From contig NC_087437.1 in the NCBI RefSeq assembly GCF_036321535.1, positions 90,832,001 to 90,896,000 on the forward strand: 64,000 nt of DNA. Reading direction: 5' to 3'. This DNA is from Camelus dromedarius (lineage: Eukaryota). This document shows, in pieces, positions 12,955 to 25,965 of this stretch. The position numbers and the translations under genes are program-made. Under the pieces are notes generated by a model. That model saw nothing but the letters and a program-made list of their open reading frames with translations, was not told where the DNA came from and did no database searches. Within the stretch, counting starts at the first letter, position 1. The number at the start of each line of letters is the position of its first letter.

Positions 12955-13150
12955 TACAGAGACATCAGCCAAATGAGTGAGGAAGCCATGTTGGAAGTGG
13001 ATCATCTAGCCCTAGTCATGCCAGCTGGTGCCATGTGAATTAGAAACAAACTGTCCACCTGAGCCCTCTCTGATTGTTTGATCCACAATATTGTAAGCAA
13101 AGTAAAATCATTATTTTGACCCACTTAAGATTCAGAGTAATTTATTATAC
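12955..13150 (+). mobile_element. MaLR 3' LTR, 3' portion (MLT1G/H-like)
   Basis: atgagtgaggaagccatgttggaagtggatcatctagccctag... is homologous to 10528-10720 of the 5' LTR. Confidence 0.75.
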
Positions 13151-13464
13151 ATCAGTAGATAAATACGTAATTGGAGCTTGCTTCTCTTTACTATATTTAG
13201 TACAATTAGTATGAATTTGAAATACTCTAGATTTTCTCTTTTGAATCAGTAGAATATGGAGCTGTTAATAAATCAAAGCTACAATCCTTAACACCCCTTG
13301 GGGCTTCACTGTATAAACAAAGTTAATTATTGTATGTTCTCAAATAAGTATTGAATGAGCTTCTGAACTTCTGGCTTTGAGAGGACATTCTTGGCATATT
13401 TATTGGTTATTAACTCTTATCATCCTAAAGATAGGTTCTTTGATAGGTCATTTTGAAATATAAT

Positions 13465-13575
13465 AATCATTTATCACAGGAATTCAGTGGTTACTATGTT
13501 TCAGGGATAATTTTAAGTACTTTATATGTAAAATTTAATATTATCCTCACAATAACCCTTGTCAACATTATTATT
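13465..13575 (-). mobile_element. MIR relic
   Basis: ttaagtactttatatgta...atcctcacaataaccct motif. Confidence 0.55.
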
Positions 13576-13814
13576 GTTGACAATTGAATTTCTTGGCATA
13601 GATTATCAAGAAGGATGTTCAAAAGAGACTGCTCCTGGGATCAACATCTCTAAAAGGAAGAAGAATGAAGCAAAAGTGAAGAGAGAGAGATGACTTTTGA
13701 TGCACTTCCACCAGCAGTGTGGGTTCACACTGTGGAGAAGTGTGTCTTCTAGTCAGAGCAATCCAGGGTTTTCAGAGACAATTGTAATTGTTTGTTATAA
13801 TTATTTATGAATTC

Positions 13815-14030
13815 CCAGTTAATTTGATGAAGCCAAACAGCATAAAACTTATCCAAAAATTGATAACTTTCTACCAAAAAAAGAGAAAATCACAGAATTG
13901 TATCTGTCAGGATCATAAACACAAAGGTCCATAACAAAATATCAGCAGAAAAAATATCCAGCATTATTTTAAAGAATAATACATCATGACTGGGTTGAGT
14001 TTATTCCAAAGTGTGCAAGTAAAAAGAACA
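13815..14030 (+). mobile_element. Old L1M ORF2 fragment
   Basis: aacaaaatatcagca...aaagaataatacatcatgac...gtttattcca, as in the pre-RT region of L1 ORF2. Confidence 0.55.
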
Positions 14031-14357
14031 ATTGAATATAAAATCTGTAATTTTATAATATTTTCAATATGTTTTTCAGATTTTTATATTTTCATTTGTA
14101 AAATTGCTTGCAGTATTCAAAGTTGACAGCTTATCTATAATGCATTTGAAATTATTATCACTTTCTCTTTTTAGATTTTTTAATAAGAAAAATGGATGAA
14201 GTTTTCTCTAAATAAATTTGTGGGTATTCAAGATTTATCATACTTCAAATTTTTCACCATTATTTTGTTTTCAGATGGTTTACAGCTGGTGTGAGTGAAG
14301 ATTATGTTCTTGTGCATAAAAATATGGTTGAAAAGACAGGGTCATGGGCATAATATT

Positions 14358-14372
14358 ATGTTTTTAAAATTA

Positions 14373-14429
<57 letters not shown>

Positions 14430-15910
14430 GAAGTACAGTCAGTTACAATGTGTCAATTTCTGGTGTACAGCACAATGTCCCGGTCATGCATATGCCTACA
14501 TATATTTGTTTTCATATTCTTTTTCATTAAAGTTTATTATAGGATATTGAACATAATTCCCTGTGCTATACGGAAGAAACCTTTTAAAATCTATTTTTAT
14601 ATATAGTGGCTAACATTTGTAAATCTCAAACTCCCAGACTTATCCCTTCCCACCCCTTGTCTCAGTAACCATAAGATTGTTTACTATGTCTATGAGTCTG
14701 TTTCTGTTTTGTAGATGAGTTCATGGTATCCATTTCTTTTCTTTTCTTTCTTTGCTTTGTTTTTTTAGATTCCACATATGAGTGATATCATATGGTATTT
14801 TTCTTTTCCTGGCTTACTTCACTTAGAATGACAATCTCTAGGTCCATCCATGTTGCTGTAAATGGCATTATTTTATTTTTTATGGCTGAATAGTATTTCA
14901 TTGTATAAATATACTGCAACTTCTTTATCCAGTCTTCTGTCAATGGACATTTAGGTTGCTTCCATGTCTTGGCTATTGTATGTGGTGCTGCTATGAACAT
15001 TGGGTTGCATGTATTTTTTGAATTAGAGTTCCCTCCAGATATATGCCCAGAAGTGGAATTGCTGCATTATATGGTAACTCTATTTTTAATTTTTTGAGGA
15101 ATCTCCACAGTATTTTCCATAATGGCTGTACCAAACTACATTGCTACCAGCAGTGTAGGAGGGTTCCCTTTTCTCCACACCATCTCCAGCATTTAACATT
15201 CATGGACTTCTGAATGATGGCCATTCTGACCGGTATGAAGTGATACATCATTGTAGTTTTGATTTGCATTTTTCTGATAATTATTGATATTGAGTATTTT
15301 TTCATGTGCCTATTGGCCATTGTATGTCTTCAGTGGAGAATTGCTTGTCCAGGTCTTCTGCCCATTTTTGCACTGTTTTTTTTTTTTGTTGTTGTTGTTG
15401 TTATTATGTCGTATGAGCTGTTTGTATATTCTGGAAATTCAGCCTTTGTCAGTCACATCATTTGCAAATATTTTCTCCCATTCTGTAAGTTGTCATTTTG
15501 TTTTGCTTATGCTTTCCTTTGCTTTGCAAAAGCTTATAAGTTTAATTAGATCCCATTTGTTTATTTTTGCTCTTATTTTTATTTTCTGGGTAGACTGCTC
15601 CAGGAGAACATCACTAAGATTTATGTCAGGAAATGTTTTGCCTATTTCTTCTAGGATATTTATCGTGTCTTGTCTTATATTTAAATCTTTAAGCCATTTT
15701 GAGTTGATTTTTGTGTACAGTGTGAGGGAGTGTACTAACTTCATTGATTTACATGCTGCTATCCAGTTTTCCCAACAGCACTTGCTGAAGAGACTGTCTT
15801 TTCTCCATTGTATATTCTTGCCTCCTTTGTTGAAGATTAATTGACCATAGATCTGTGGGTTTATTTCTGGACTTTCTATTCTGTTCCACTGATCCATATG
15901 TCTGTTTTTA
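14358..15910 (-). mobile_element. 5'-truncated L1 (3' UTR + ORF2 C-terminal region)
   Basis: ORF 15493-15897(-) [36 protein letters not shown] is L1 ORF2. Perfect 12-bp TSD gggcataatatt at 14346-14357 and 15911-15922. Confidence 0.96.
14377..14429. repeat. (AAT)n microsatellite at the L1 3' terminus, ~17 units
   Basis: Perfect trinucleotide run. Confidence 0.98.
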
Positions 15911-15934
15911 GGGCATAATATTCTTATTCCATTA

Positions 15935-17012
15935 TTTTTTTTCTTTCAGTTTTGTTGAGATATAATTGATATATAGCACTGTAAAAATTGAATGTGTACA
16001 GCGTAATGGTTTGATTTACATTCATCATAAAGTGATTATCACAATAAGTTTAGCGAACATCTATTGTATTTAGATACAAAAGTAAAGAAAATGAACAAAT
16101 ATTTTCTTGTAATGAGAACTCCTAGGATTTACTCTTAACTTTTGTATATAGCATACAGAAGTGTTAATTATATTTATCATGTTGTAAATTACATCCCTAG
16201 TACTGATTTATTTTACAACCGGAAGTTTGTGCCTTCTGACTGCCTTCAGTAAGTTCCCCTTCTCCTCTAACCTATGCCTCTGATAACCACAAATCTGATC
16301 TCTTTTTCTATGAATTTATTTTTTGTTTGTTTGATTGTTTTTGAAGTATAATTGACTTACAACACTATGTTGCTTGATACGGCCTGGTCCTAGTGCTAAT
16401 AAACTAGAGGGAGAATTCCAAAATGATTGCCTGCACCAGTGTCCACGTGGTAGAATAAGCCCACAAAAAGGCCTTCTGCTGGAGTCCATGTCCCAGGGTG
16501 AGCTCCAGCTGCCTCCTGCTTCCATGGGAGACTATCCAAGATCAGCAGGTGGGTCTGACTTGACCCTTTTCAAATTACTGCCTCTGCTCTGGATCCTGGA
16601 GTGTGTGAGATTCTGTGTACATCCTGCAAGAGTGGAATCGGAATCTCTGTTCCCCATAACCCTCTGGCTCTCCTAAAAGCAAGTCCCACCGGTCTCAAAG
16701 CCAAACACTGGAGGCACATCCTCCTGGTACAGGACCCATGGACTAAGGATTCTGATGTGGGGCTTGAACCCCTCCTTGGGGAGAACCTCTGCAATTGTAA
16801 TTATTCTCCCATTTGTAGGTTGTCCTCTCTGGGGTGTGCGTACTGACTATATCACATTTCCAGCCCTCCTATCCTTCTCGTGGTTCCTTCTTTAAATCTT
16901 TAAATGTAGGAGATCTTTTATACTAGGCTGTTTGATTTTTCTCATTAATAGTTGGTGTGCTTGTAGGGGAAGTGAACTCAGGACCTTTCTATTCTGCCAT
17001 TTTAGCCAGTAG
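15935..17012 (-). mobile_element. Internally deleted L1: 5' UTR joined directly to the distal 3' UTR
   Basis: 15935-16371 is an L1 3' end (T tail, gagatataattga, taaccacaaatctgatctc). 16381-17012 is an antisense L1 5' UTR ending ctattctgccatttt. No ORF1 or ORF2 sequence lies between them. Confidence 0.8.
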
Positions 17013-17798
17013 CAATCTATTTTCATTTTCAATCCATTCTTTCTATATGTTTTTAATTGAGAAAATAGTCTATAATTCTGAGTTAGCAGAAATCTCAGAA
17101 TTGTGCTAAGTGGAATGTAGTCTCAATTTGAATTTTTAATTATATTTAAATATGTAAAAATTCAGCCCAAGTGTTTATAGGCTTTTTACCTCTATTCAGA
17201 GAAGTTTTAAAAACCTATGTTTTTGGCCTAGAATTTCAAGAATAGGCTATTTTTTTAGTACTTATTTTCAATGTTTTGCCAAATTTGAATGTGGAAAATT
17301 TTAGACCTCTCAACAGAATCCAGTTCCACTATAGAATATAAATTTATCCAATAAAAATAGGACCTATATGAAAACATGATTCTCAAAATGTACAACACGG
17401 AACAAATACAGAATTTCAAAATTAGACCTTGCACCTTATTTAAAGTCTCATTAATCATTCAGTTTTTTCCTCTCTTACCAATAAATTTTCATAGTAGTCA
17501 GTTTCAGTGTACTTCTCTAATATGTTCTTGTTTACAAGCTTTATTTTAATAATTAAAATTCTCTAAAAGCTACAAAAAGTAACTTCTCTTCATTTCTTGA
17601 TCATTGAATTCTTTAAGGATTTCCAAATGATTTTGAAACAATTATTATCAAATGTCGAAGACTCATTTATAAAAGTTTCAACAGAATTATAGCCTACTTA
17701 AGTTGATTTACAAAGTATTTTTTTTAATATGAAACCTTTGTAAAATTCAGTTGATACCAGGCAACAAAGAGTGAAAGTGTGAATTACTCTTCTAAAAA

Positions 17799-17825
17799 AT
17801 GATGATGATGATGATGATGATGATA
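17799..17825. repeat. (ATG)n microsatellite
   Basis: ~8-9 perfect units. Confidence 0.9.
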
Positions 17826-19159
17826 ATTAAACATCAGCTTCATCATGAAAAGTTATGTATTTCAGTTTCTCTTGTGTATGTAAATCTTGGCAATCATAGA
17901 TTTTATTTCAATTGCTAAAATATCACTGCTCATTTGGATACATGCAATTATGAATTATTCATTCATATTACCAATTTCAACAACATTGGCTACATAGAAT
18001 TGGTAATTTAGGAAAAAATTATTCTTACCATAATTCTGAGTCTGCAAAATGTGTTTTGTTAGTGTCAATATGTTTCCTAATATTATCATACTACACAGTG
18101 AATTTTAATTTAATGTACAACTTTTTAACTGAATTTAGAAAACTATTCAGAATCATATCTGGTGAGCTTCCAAAAGCTTTACTTTTATTCCATTTATTGA
18201 ATAAGCCATCACATTATTATTATATGAGTAATCTCACCTGTTTTTCTCTTTGAAATATCTATTAATATAAATCTAGTATTGTTTAAATGTGAATTGCTTC
18301 TGTTGCTAATGAAACTAATACTATAACACTCATTTAAGATTTTTTTTCCTTTCACAAATACTTGGGAGTTGAAAATGACAAAAATTATTATAGAAGATTA
18401 ATTATTTGATCTAACAAATAATTCATACTTTAGAGTGATAGAGAAATGCATATTATTGACTGCATATATTATATTACCATTTTTGTTTTCAAGTTTTGTG
18501 CAACACTCGTCTTTATTAACTTTGCTGAGAAATAGAAATTTAGTTCTTAATTTTTATTAGAAAGTCATCTTAAGTTTTTTGAACCACTAACACTTAAAAG
18601 CAAAATAAAAAATGTCATCAAGCAATAAAATAAACAATTGCAGTTTTACACCAGGCATGGAACTAACTAAACTGCTGTTATAAGAATGTTCAGGTTTTTC
18701 TCTATTTGCTCTATGGTTGTACCGCTCAATATACTGCCCACAAATATTTCACATATGTGTAATTTACAGTTTCTCACATTTCCTACTGATCACATGAACT
18801 AGTAACATGGCAGACTCCTGGATCTCATAAGTTGTGGCATAGCCCATGGTGGAATTGGCTGGCACAGTTGGTCTATGGAGACATCCTGGTTAAATAAATT
18901 TCCAACACAAGGCTGAAATGAATTTGTTTCACCTAGCTTATCCTATCCCTTTACACTATTTTTATCATCAAGTGTCCTCAGGAAAAGAGTTCAGCTCATT
19001 TTTCAAATTTCATCACATGTTAAATTGATAATTACTGCACATATATTACATACACTACTAGATGATATCTTGCCAGGTGATGAGAGGAATAATTAAAGAT
19101 CCACTAAACTAGTTCCAGCTTATTTTATCCAATTCTTAATATTATTTAATGCTGCTTTA

Positions 19160-19270
19160 TTTGTCAAAATGAAAAAATTTGAGACAATTGCTATGATGGA
19201 CAAATGCTCTTCCCAGAAAATAGGCAAAAACTAGGACTTTCCAAGGCAAACAGAAAGTCTGACCAGACTA
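19160..19270. mobile_element. hAT-Blackjack MITE relic (MER81/MER94-like)
   Basis: Terminal ggactttccaaggcaaacagaaagtctgaccagacta resembles the Blackjack subterminal/TIR motif. Confidence 0.35.
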
Positions 19271-19289
19271 TTTGTGAGAAACCTGAAGA

Positions 19290-19525
19290 GTTTCTTTAAC
19301 TATTTGTAAAGCTGTAGTATTGAAGAATGATGAAATTTATCCTATATATGTTCTCAGAAATCGAACAAAGGATAAGGGCTAGAAACTAATTGAATTTAGA
19401 ATTTGTTTAAAGGAATGGAGTATTCTCTAACAATTGCAGCTATCCAACACAAAATGTAATAAGTTGAAAGTCAGTATTTTATATCAGTGCAGATATTCAG
19501 GTAGAAGGTAGGTGAACATCTACCG
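19290..19525 (+). mobile_element. L3/CR1 LINE 3' fragment
   Basis: Collinear L3 motifs: tatttgtaaagctgt...gaaga, ttctctaacaattgcagctatccaaca, atcagtgcagatattcaggtagaagg. Confidence 0.6.
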
Positions 19526-20311
19526 TAAAATTGGGGAGAAGATCCCTAATTTCGGTAGGAGTTTGTTACTGATACCTTCTGTGAAATCTTCAGGTTTTTA
19601 TTACCTACAATGAACAGTAATGTTCATTGGTAGCCTACTACAATGCATTTTATTTTACAGTGGATTCAGTAAAAGTTATTCAACTATGGCTTCATGCTCA
19701 AAGGTAATAAGGCAATCAAATAAACCTATTCTAATTTGTCCTGCTCATGTAATCACCTTATAGGATAGAAAACCAAGGACAGAAAGAGGGCATGAAGCCA
19801 GTGCAGAAAGTGGCAGAATTAGAGAGAAATACTGGCAGTTGAATCATTATGAAATGGTGGACTGCAATTTTCTTTTTACTACAAAACACAATTCAAATTT
19901 TATAACTTTCCTTTCAGTGCCAATATGCAGTCATCATTATCTTTGTCAATATTATTTATTTAGCATCCACAGGTACATGCCAGGTACTAGGTGCTGAAAG
20001 AAGAAAGTAAAATATACATATTCTATGTTCTTCTAGGCTCTCTGCCAGGTAGTACTCTTGGAATCTCAGAGAAAGTATATGAAAATGTAAGTTTTTTTTT
20101 TTTTAACTTTCCTCAATATGGACACAAGAAAAGATGTGATGTTTTGCTGTTTTAATTTTGGATTTATAGATACAATATTCATTAAACTAAGGAAATTCTT
20201 GGTAAAAATGTGGGCATCCTGATTGATTCTAAAATATAATATTAAGAATTCAAATTGATTTAAGTCACATAAATACAAGGTATTATAATATGTTTACTTT
20301 CTTGTATATAC

Positions 20312-20399
20312 TGATGGCCACATACTGAATGTTTGTGTCTTTGCAAATTCATTTGTTGAAATCCTAAACACTGATATGATGGCATAAGAGGTGAGACCT
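20312..20399 (+). mobile_element. MLT1A-like MaLR LTR, 5' piece (split by L1)
   Basis: actgaatgtttgtgtc...aaattcatttgttgaaatcctaa...tgatgg. Continues at 25681. Confidence 0.8.
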
Positions 20400-22580
20400 G
20401 AACAGGATCAAGTTGGCAGGTATGAGGCCTCTGAGCTCACCTCCCTTCACAAACAAATCAAAACTACAATTACATGTAGACAATTCTTGCCGATAATGAC
20501 CTTGAGACTAACAGAATGGTTCTTCTACAACCAAGGCTATAAATAAAGAACTACAGAAAGTCTAGTTGAAGGGGAAGAAATAGGATCTAATTGAGACCTG
20601 CATCCTTAGTGAGTGACCTAGAGCGGAGGGAGATATTACTGGCTTGGGGATCCCTGGAGAACAAAGAGTTTGAGCCACGCATTAGGCATCCCAGCCTTAA
20701 GGTCCGACACTGAGAAAATGAGCCCACGTAGCTGGTTTGAAAATGAAGGCTTATAAAATGGCTGTAAGGAACTGAAAAGAATGCACATAGACTTGCTTGA
20801 TCCCAAGACCAGCATGGAGGCAATAGATTGACAACTGCCGAGTACTTTGGATAGCCTGCCTGGACCATCCTCATTTCACCCCTCCACTTGCATCAGGCTT
20901 CTAGCCCAACACTTTCTGCTCTGGCAATGCTCACCACTAAGGCAGAGGCCACAACTGCCAATAAGAATGCATGTGCTTGCAAGATTAACATACTGAATTG
21001 AAGGAGAGAGAAAGTTTCTCAGGAAAAACAAAACCTAAATAGTTCATCACTACTAAACTGACCTTATAGGAAATTATAAAGGGTCTTCTTTAAGTGAAAA
21101 GGAAAAGGTGATAATGAGAAATAAGAAAATATATGAAGGGGAGATTCACACTGGTAAATGCGAATATATGGTAAAATCACTGGATGAAACATTTAAGCTA
21201 GCACAAAGGTTAAAAGACAAAAATTGTAAAATCAACTATAACTAAAACAGTTAAGGGATAGACATAAAGATGTAAAATTTGACATCAAAAACAAACAAAA
21301 AATGGATGGGGAGTAAAAAATATAGATCTTTTATAATGTGTTTGAACTTAAAAGACTAACAGTTTAAAACATATAGGTAATAGTTACAGGTCAGTATATA
21401 TGAACTCCACAGTAACCACAAATCAAAACCTACAAGTCATACATGAAAATTAGAGATAAAAGGATACAAGCCTAATATTAATGAAAATCATAAAACTAAA
21501 GTAGAAAAGACTATGAGAAGAATAAAAGAAGAGAGAAGAACTATAGAAACAACCAGAAAACAAGTAACAAAATGGCAATGCCTATCAGCAATTACCTTAA
21601 ATGCCAATGGACTAAATGTGCCAATCAAAAGACATAGTGTAGCAGATTAGATAAAGAAACAATAACCATCTATATGCTGCTTACAAAAGACTCACTTCAG
21701 AGCAAAAGACACACAGAAAGTAAGGGGATGGAAAAATATTCCATGAAAATGGAAATCAAAAGAAAGCTGGGGTAGCAATACTCATCAGACAAAGTAAATT
21801 TTAAAACAATATCTATAAAAATAAGAGTATTGTATAATGATAAAGGGATCAATTCAAGAAGAGGATATACAATTCATAAACATAAGCACTTAATGTAGGA
21901 GAACCTAATGTATAAGGAAATATTAACAGACATATAGGGAAAATTGACAGAAACACAAAGATAGTAAGGGACTTTCACACCCCACTGACAATAGAAAATC
22001 ATCTGGATAGAAAATCAGCATGGAAACAGTGGCCTTCAGTGACCCTTTAGACCAATTGGGCTTAATGCATATCTATAGGACATTTCATTCCAAACCAACA
22101 GAATACACATTCTTTTCAAGTGCCCATGGAATTTTCTTCAGGTTAGATTCATTAGGCTGCAAAAGAGGTCTCAACAAATTTAAGAAGGTAGAAAGTAGAT
22201 CAGGTATCTTTTCTGACTATAATAATGTGAAACTAAAAATTACAGGGGAAAAAAAATGGAAAAAAGGCACAAATACATGGAGGCTAACTATATGCTACTA
22301 AAAAACAATGAGCCAATGAAGAAGTCAGAAAGGAAATCAGAAAATACTTGGATACAAATGAAAATAAAATACAGCTTTCCAAAATCTTTTGGATGCAGCA
22401 AAAGCAGTTTTAAGAGGAAAGTTCACAGTGATACTGGCCTACTTCAAGAAACAAGAAAAATCTCAGATAAGCAACCTAACCTATCACCTAAAGGAATTAG
22501 AAAAAGAAGAACAAACAAAGCCCAAAGTCAACGGAAGGAAGAAAATAATAAAGATTAGTTGGAAATAAACTGAAGGCCAT

Positions 22581-22628
22581 AAAATAAATAAATAAATAAA
22601 TACATACATACATACATACATACATACA
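22581..22628. repeat. Compound (AAAT)n(ACAT)n microsatellite inside L1 ORF2
   Basis: Visible tetranucleotide runs. Confidence 0.95.
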
Positions 22629-24855
22629 TACATACATACATACATACAAATATTAAGGAAACCAAAGCAAAAGCTAAACAAAAGCTGGTTTTTAGCAAAG
22701 ATAAACATAATTCATAAGCCTGTATCCACTCATTAAGGAAAAACAAAGAGGACCCAGATAAACAAAATTAGAAATGAAAGAAGAAAAGTTACAACTGAAA
22801 TCACAAGAATACAATAACAATATAATACTATGAACATTTATTTGTAAACAAATTGACAAACTAGAAGAAATTGAGAAATTCCTAGAAACTATAATCATCT
22901 ATGGCTGAATCAGGAAGAAATAGATAATCTGAACAGACCAATTACTAGTACTGAAATTGAATCAATAATAAAAAATATCTCAGCAAATAAAAGCTCAGGA
23001 CCACACAGCTTCATGAGAGAATTCTAGTAAACATAAAGAAGAGTTAATGTCTATCCTTCTCAAATATTCCAAAAAGTTTAAGAGGAGTAACACTCCCAAA
23101 CTTACTGCATGAGGCCCACATTATCCTAATACCAAAACCAAACTAAACACTACAAGAAAGGAAAATTATAGGCCAACGTCTTATCTCTGATGAACATAGA
23201 AGAAAAAAATCCTTGGAAAAATATTTAAAATATTAACAAATCAAATTCAATAACATGTAAAAAGGATCATACACCATGATCACATGAGATTTATCCCAGT
23301 GATGTAAGGATGGTTCAGTATCTACAAATTAATCAGTGCAATACACAACATTAACAAAATGAATGATTAAAAATCGCATGGTCATCTCAACAGATGCAGA
23401 AAAAATCACTTGACAAAAGTCAATATTCATTCATTATAAAACTCCCAGCATAGTTGATATAAAGAAAACATATCTCAACATAATAAAGACCATTTATGAC
23501 AAACCCACAACTAGCATCATACTCAATTATGGGAAAGCTTTTCTTCTAAGACCAGGAAGAAGAAAAGGATGTCCATTCTTCCCATTTCTATTTAAAATAA
23601 TGTTGAAAGTTCTAGCCACAGCACCCAAACAAGAAAAAGAAATAAATGGCATCCAAATTGGAAGAGATGAAGTAAAACTGCCATTATTTGCTTATGGAAT
23701 GTTCGTACATATAGAAAAACCTAAAGATTCTACCTAAAACGTATTAGAACTAATAAATGAGTTTAGTAAAATTTCAGGATATGAGATTAATATGCAGAAA
23801 ACTATTGCCTTTCTAATAATTATCAGGACCAAAAAAAAAAAATCCAGAAAATAATCCTATTTATAATTGCATCCAAAAAAATATAGTACCTAGAAATAAG
23901 TTTAACCAGGGAGATACTGATGAAGGAAATTGAAGAAAATACAAATATATGGAAAGACTGCTTGTGTTTATGGAAGGGAAGAATTAATATTGTTAAAATA
24001 CCTATACTAACAAATCCATCTATATTTAATGCAATATCTATCAAAATACCCATGAATTTTTCAAAGAACTAGAACAAATAATCTTAAAATGTGTATGAAA
24101 TCACAAGAACCCAAAGAGCCAAAACAATCTTAAGAGGGCAGGAGCTGGTGGTATCACATTCCTTGGCTTCAGAAAATACTGCAAAGCTACAGAAATCCAA
24201 ACAGTATGGTACTGGCACAAAAACAGACACATAGATCAAGGGAATATAATAGAAAGCCCCGAAATAAACCTACAGGCACATATGGTCAATTAATCTAGGA
24301 CAGAGGAGTCAAGAGTATACACTGGGGAAAAGACAGTATCTTCAATAAGTGGTGTTGGGAAAACTGGACAGCTACATCTCCATGAAAAAAATTAGAATGT
24401 TTCTCTCATCGTATACAAAAATAAATTCAAAATGGATTAAAGACTTAAGTAATAAAATCAGAAACTATAAAACTCCTAGAAGAAAACATAGGCAGCCCCC
24501 CTTTGATATAGGTCTTAGCAGTATTTTTCTTTTTAATTTTCTCCATAAGCAAGGGAAACAAAAATAAAAATAAACACATGGGACCTAATCAAAATTAAAT
24601 TTTTTTGCACGGAGAAGAAAACCATCAGCAAAGTAAGAAAAAAAACATGCTAAATGGGAGAAGATATTTGCAGATGATATGTTTAATAGGGGGTTAATAT
24701 CTAAAATATATAAAAAGTCATACAACTCAATATTGAAAAAAGGAAACAATCCAATTAAAAAATGGATTTTCAAAGAAGACATACCAATGGCCAACATGCA
24801 CAGGAAAAGATGCTCTACATCAGTAATCATTAGCAAAATGCAAATAAAAACTACA

Positions 24856-24893
24856 CTGACTACATCAACTATACTTCAATAAAAAAAAAAATT
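24856..24893 (+). mobile_element. Ultra-short L1 3' terminus nested in L1
   Basis: caactatacttcaat + A11, flanked by aaataaaaactaca / aaacaaaaacctaca. Confidence 0.75.
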
Positions 24894-25680
24894 AAACAAA
24901 AACCTACAATGAGATATCACTTCGCACATATCAGAATGACTATCATAAAAAAAAGACAACAAATAATGTGTTTTGGCAAGGATGTGAATGAAAAGGAACA
25001 CTTGTACGCTGTTTTTGGGACATAAATTGGTACAAGAACTATGGAGAATCCTCAAAACGTTAAAAATGGAACTACCATATGATCCAGCAATTCTACTCCT
25101 GGGTATATATTCAAAGAAAATAAAAAGAGTATTTCAGAAATTATATGCATCCCAATGTTCATATTAGCACTGTTTACAGTAACCAACATATGGAAGCAAC
25201 TTACGTCCATCAACAGATGAATAGATGAGGACGTGGTGTATATACCCAATGGAATACTACTTAGCCATAAAAATAATGAAATTTTGCATTTGCAACAATA
25301 TGGATGGATTTGGAGGATATTATTCTAAGTGAAATAAGTCAGACAGAGAAAGACAATACATATTTTGAGTTATATATGAAATCTAAAAAAATTAAATGAA
25401 TATGACAAAACAAACAAACTTACATATAAAGAGAACAAACGATTGTTTACCATTTGGGAGAGGAATGGGAAGAGAGTCAGGATAGGGAAAGGGGCTTAAG
25501 AGGTACAAACTACTAAATATAAGATTAAAAAATGTAATGTATAGCACAGGGACTATAACCAATATTTTATGATAACTTTATATGGAGTACAACCTATAAA
25601 AATACTGAATCACTGTATTGTACACCTAAAACTAATATAATATTGTAAGTCAACTATACTTTAATTGAAAAAAAAAAAAG

Positions 25681-25965
25681 AACTTGGGCCTTTCGGAGGT
25701 GATTAAGTCATGTGAGTGAAACACTTATGAATGGAATTAGTGTTCTTATGAAAGAAACCGCAGACAGCATTTTAGATCTTTCTGCCTTATGAGGATACAT
25801 CCAGAGCGTGGCAGTCCATGAACTTGGAAGCATGTCCTCACCAGACACCAAATTTGCTGACTCCTTGATTTTGGACTTTCTAGCCTCCAGAACTATGAGA
25901 AATAAATTTCTGTTGTTTACTCAGTATATGGTGATTTGTTATAGAAGCCTCCAAGTGGTCTAAAA
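25681..25965 (+). mobile_element. MLT1A-like MaLR LTR, 3' piece
   Basis: gggcctttcggaggtgattaagtcatg...ttggactttctagcctccagaactatgagaaataaatttctgttgttta. Confidence 0.88.

Larger units (their letters stand above)
20400..25680 (+). mobile_element. Near-full-length decayed L1 lacking most of ORF1
   Basis: 5' UTR 20400-20979, ORF1 C-terminal remnant from 20980, ORF2 start at 21572 with endonuclease motifs (ttaaatgccaatggactaaat). RT FADD motif is decayed to LFAYGM at 23684. 3' UTR and A tail at ~25668-25679. Many stops and frameshifts. Confidence 0.95.

Noticed and set aside
13559..13583. 9-bp inverted repeat ttgtcaaca/tgttgacaa
   Set aside because: Short, AT-rich and at a MIR edge; expected by chance in 64 kb.
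13590..13745. Possible ERVL LTR remnant (gggatcaacatctct...gaagcaaaa)
   Set aside because: Too short and diverged to call with confidence.
15284..15844. Longest ORF in the track (186 aa)
   Set aside because: It is the antisense frame of L1 ORF2, a common hydrophobic artefact.
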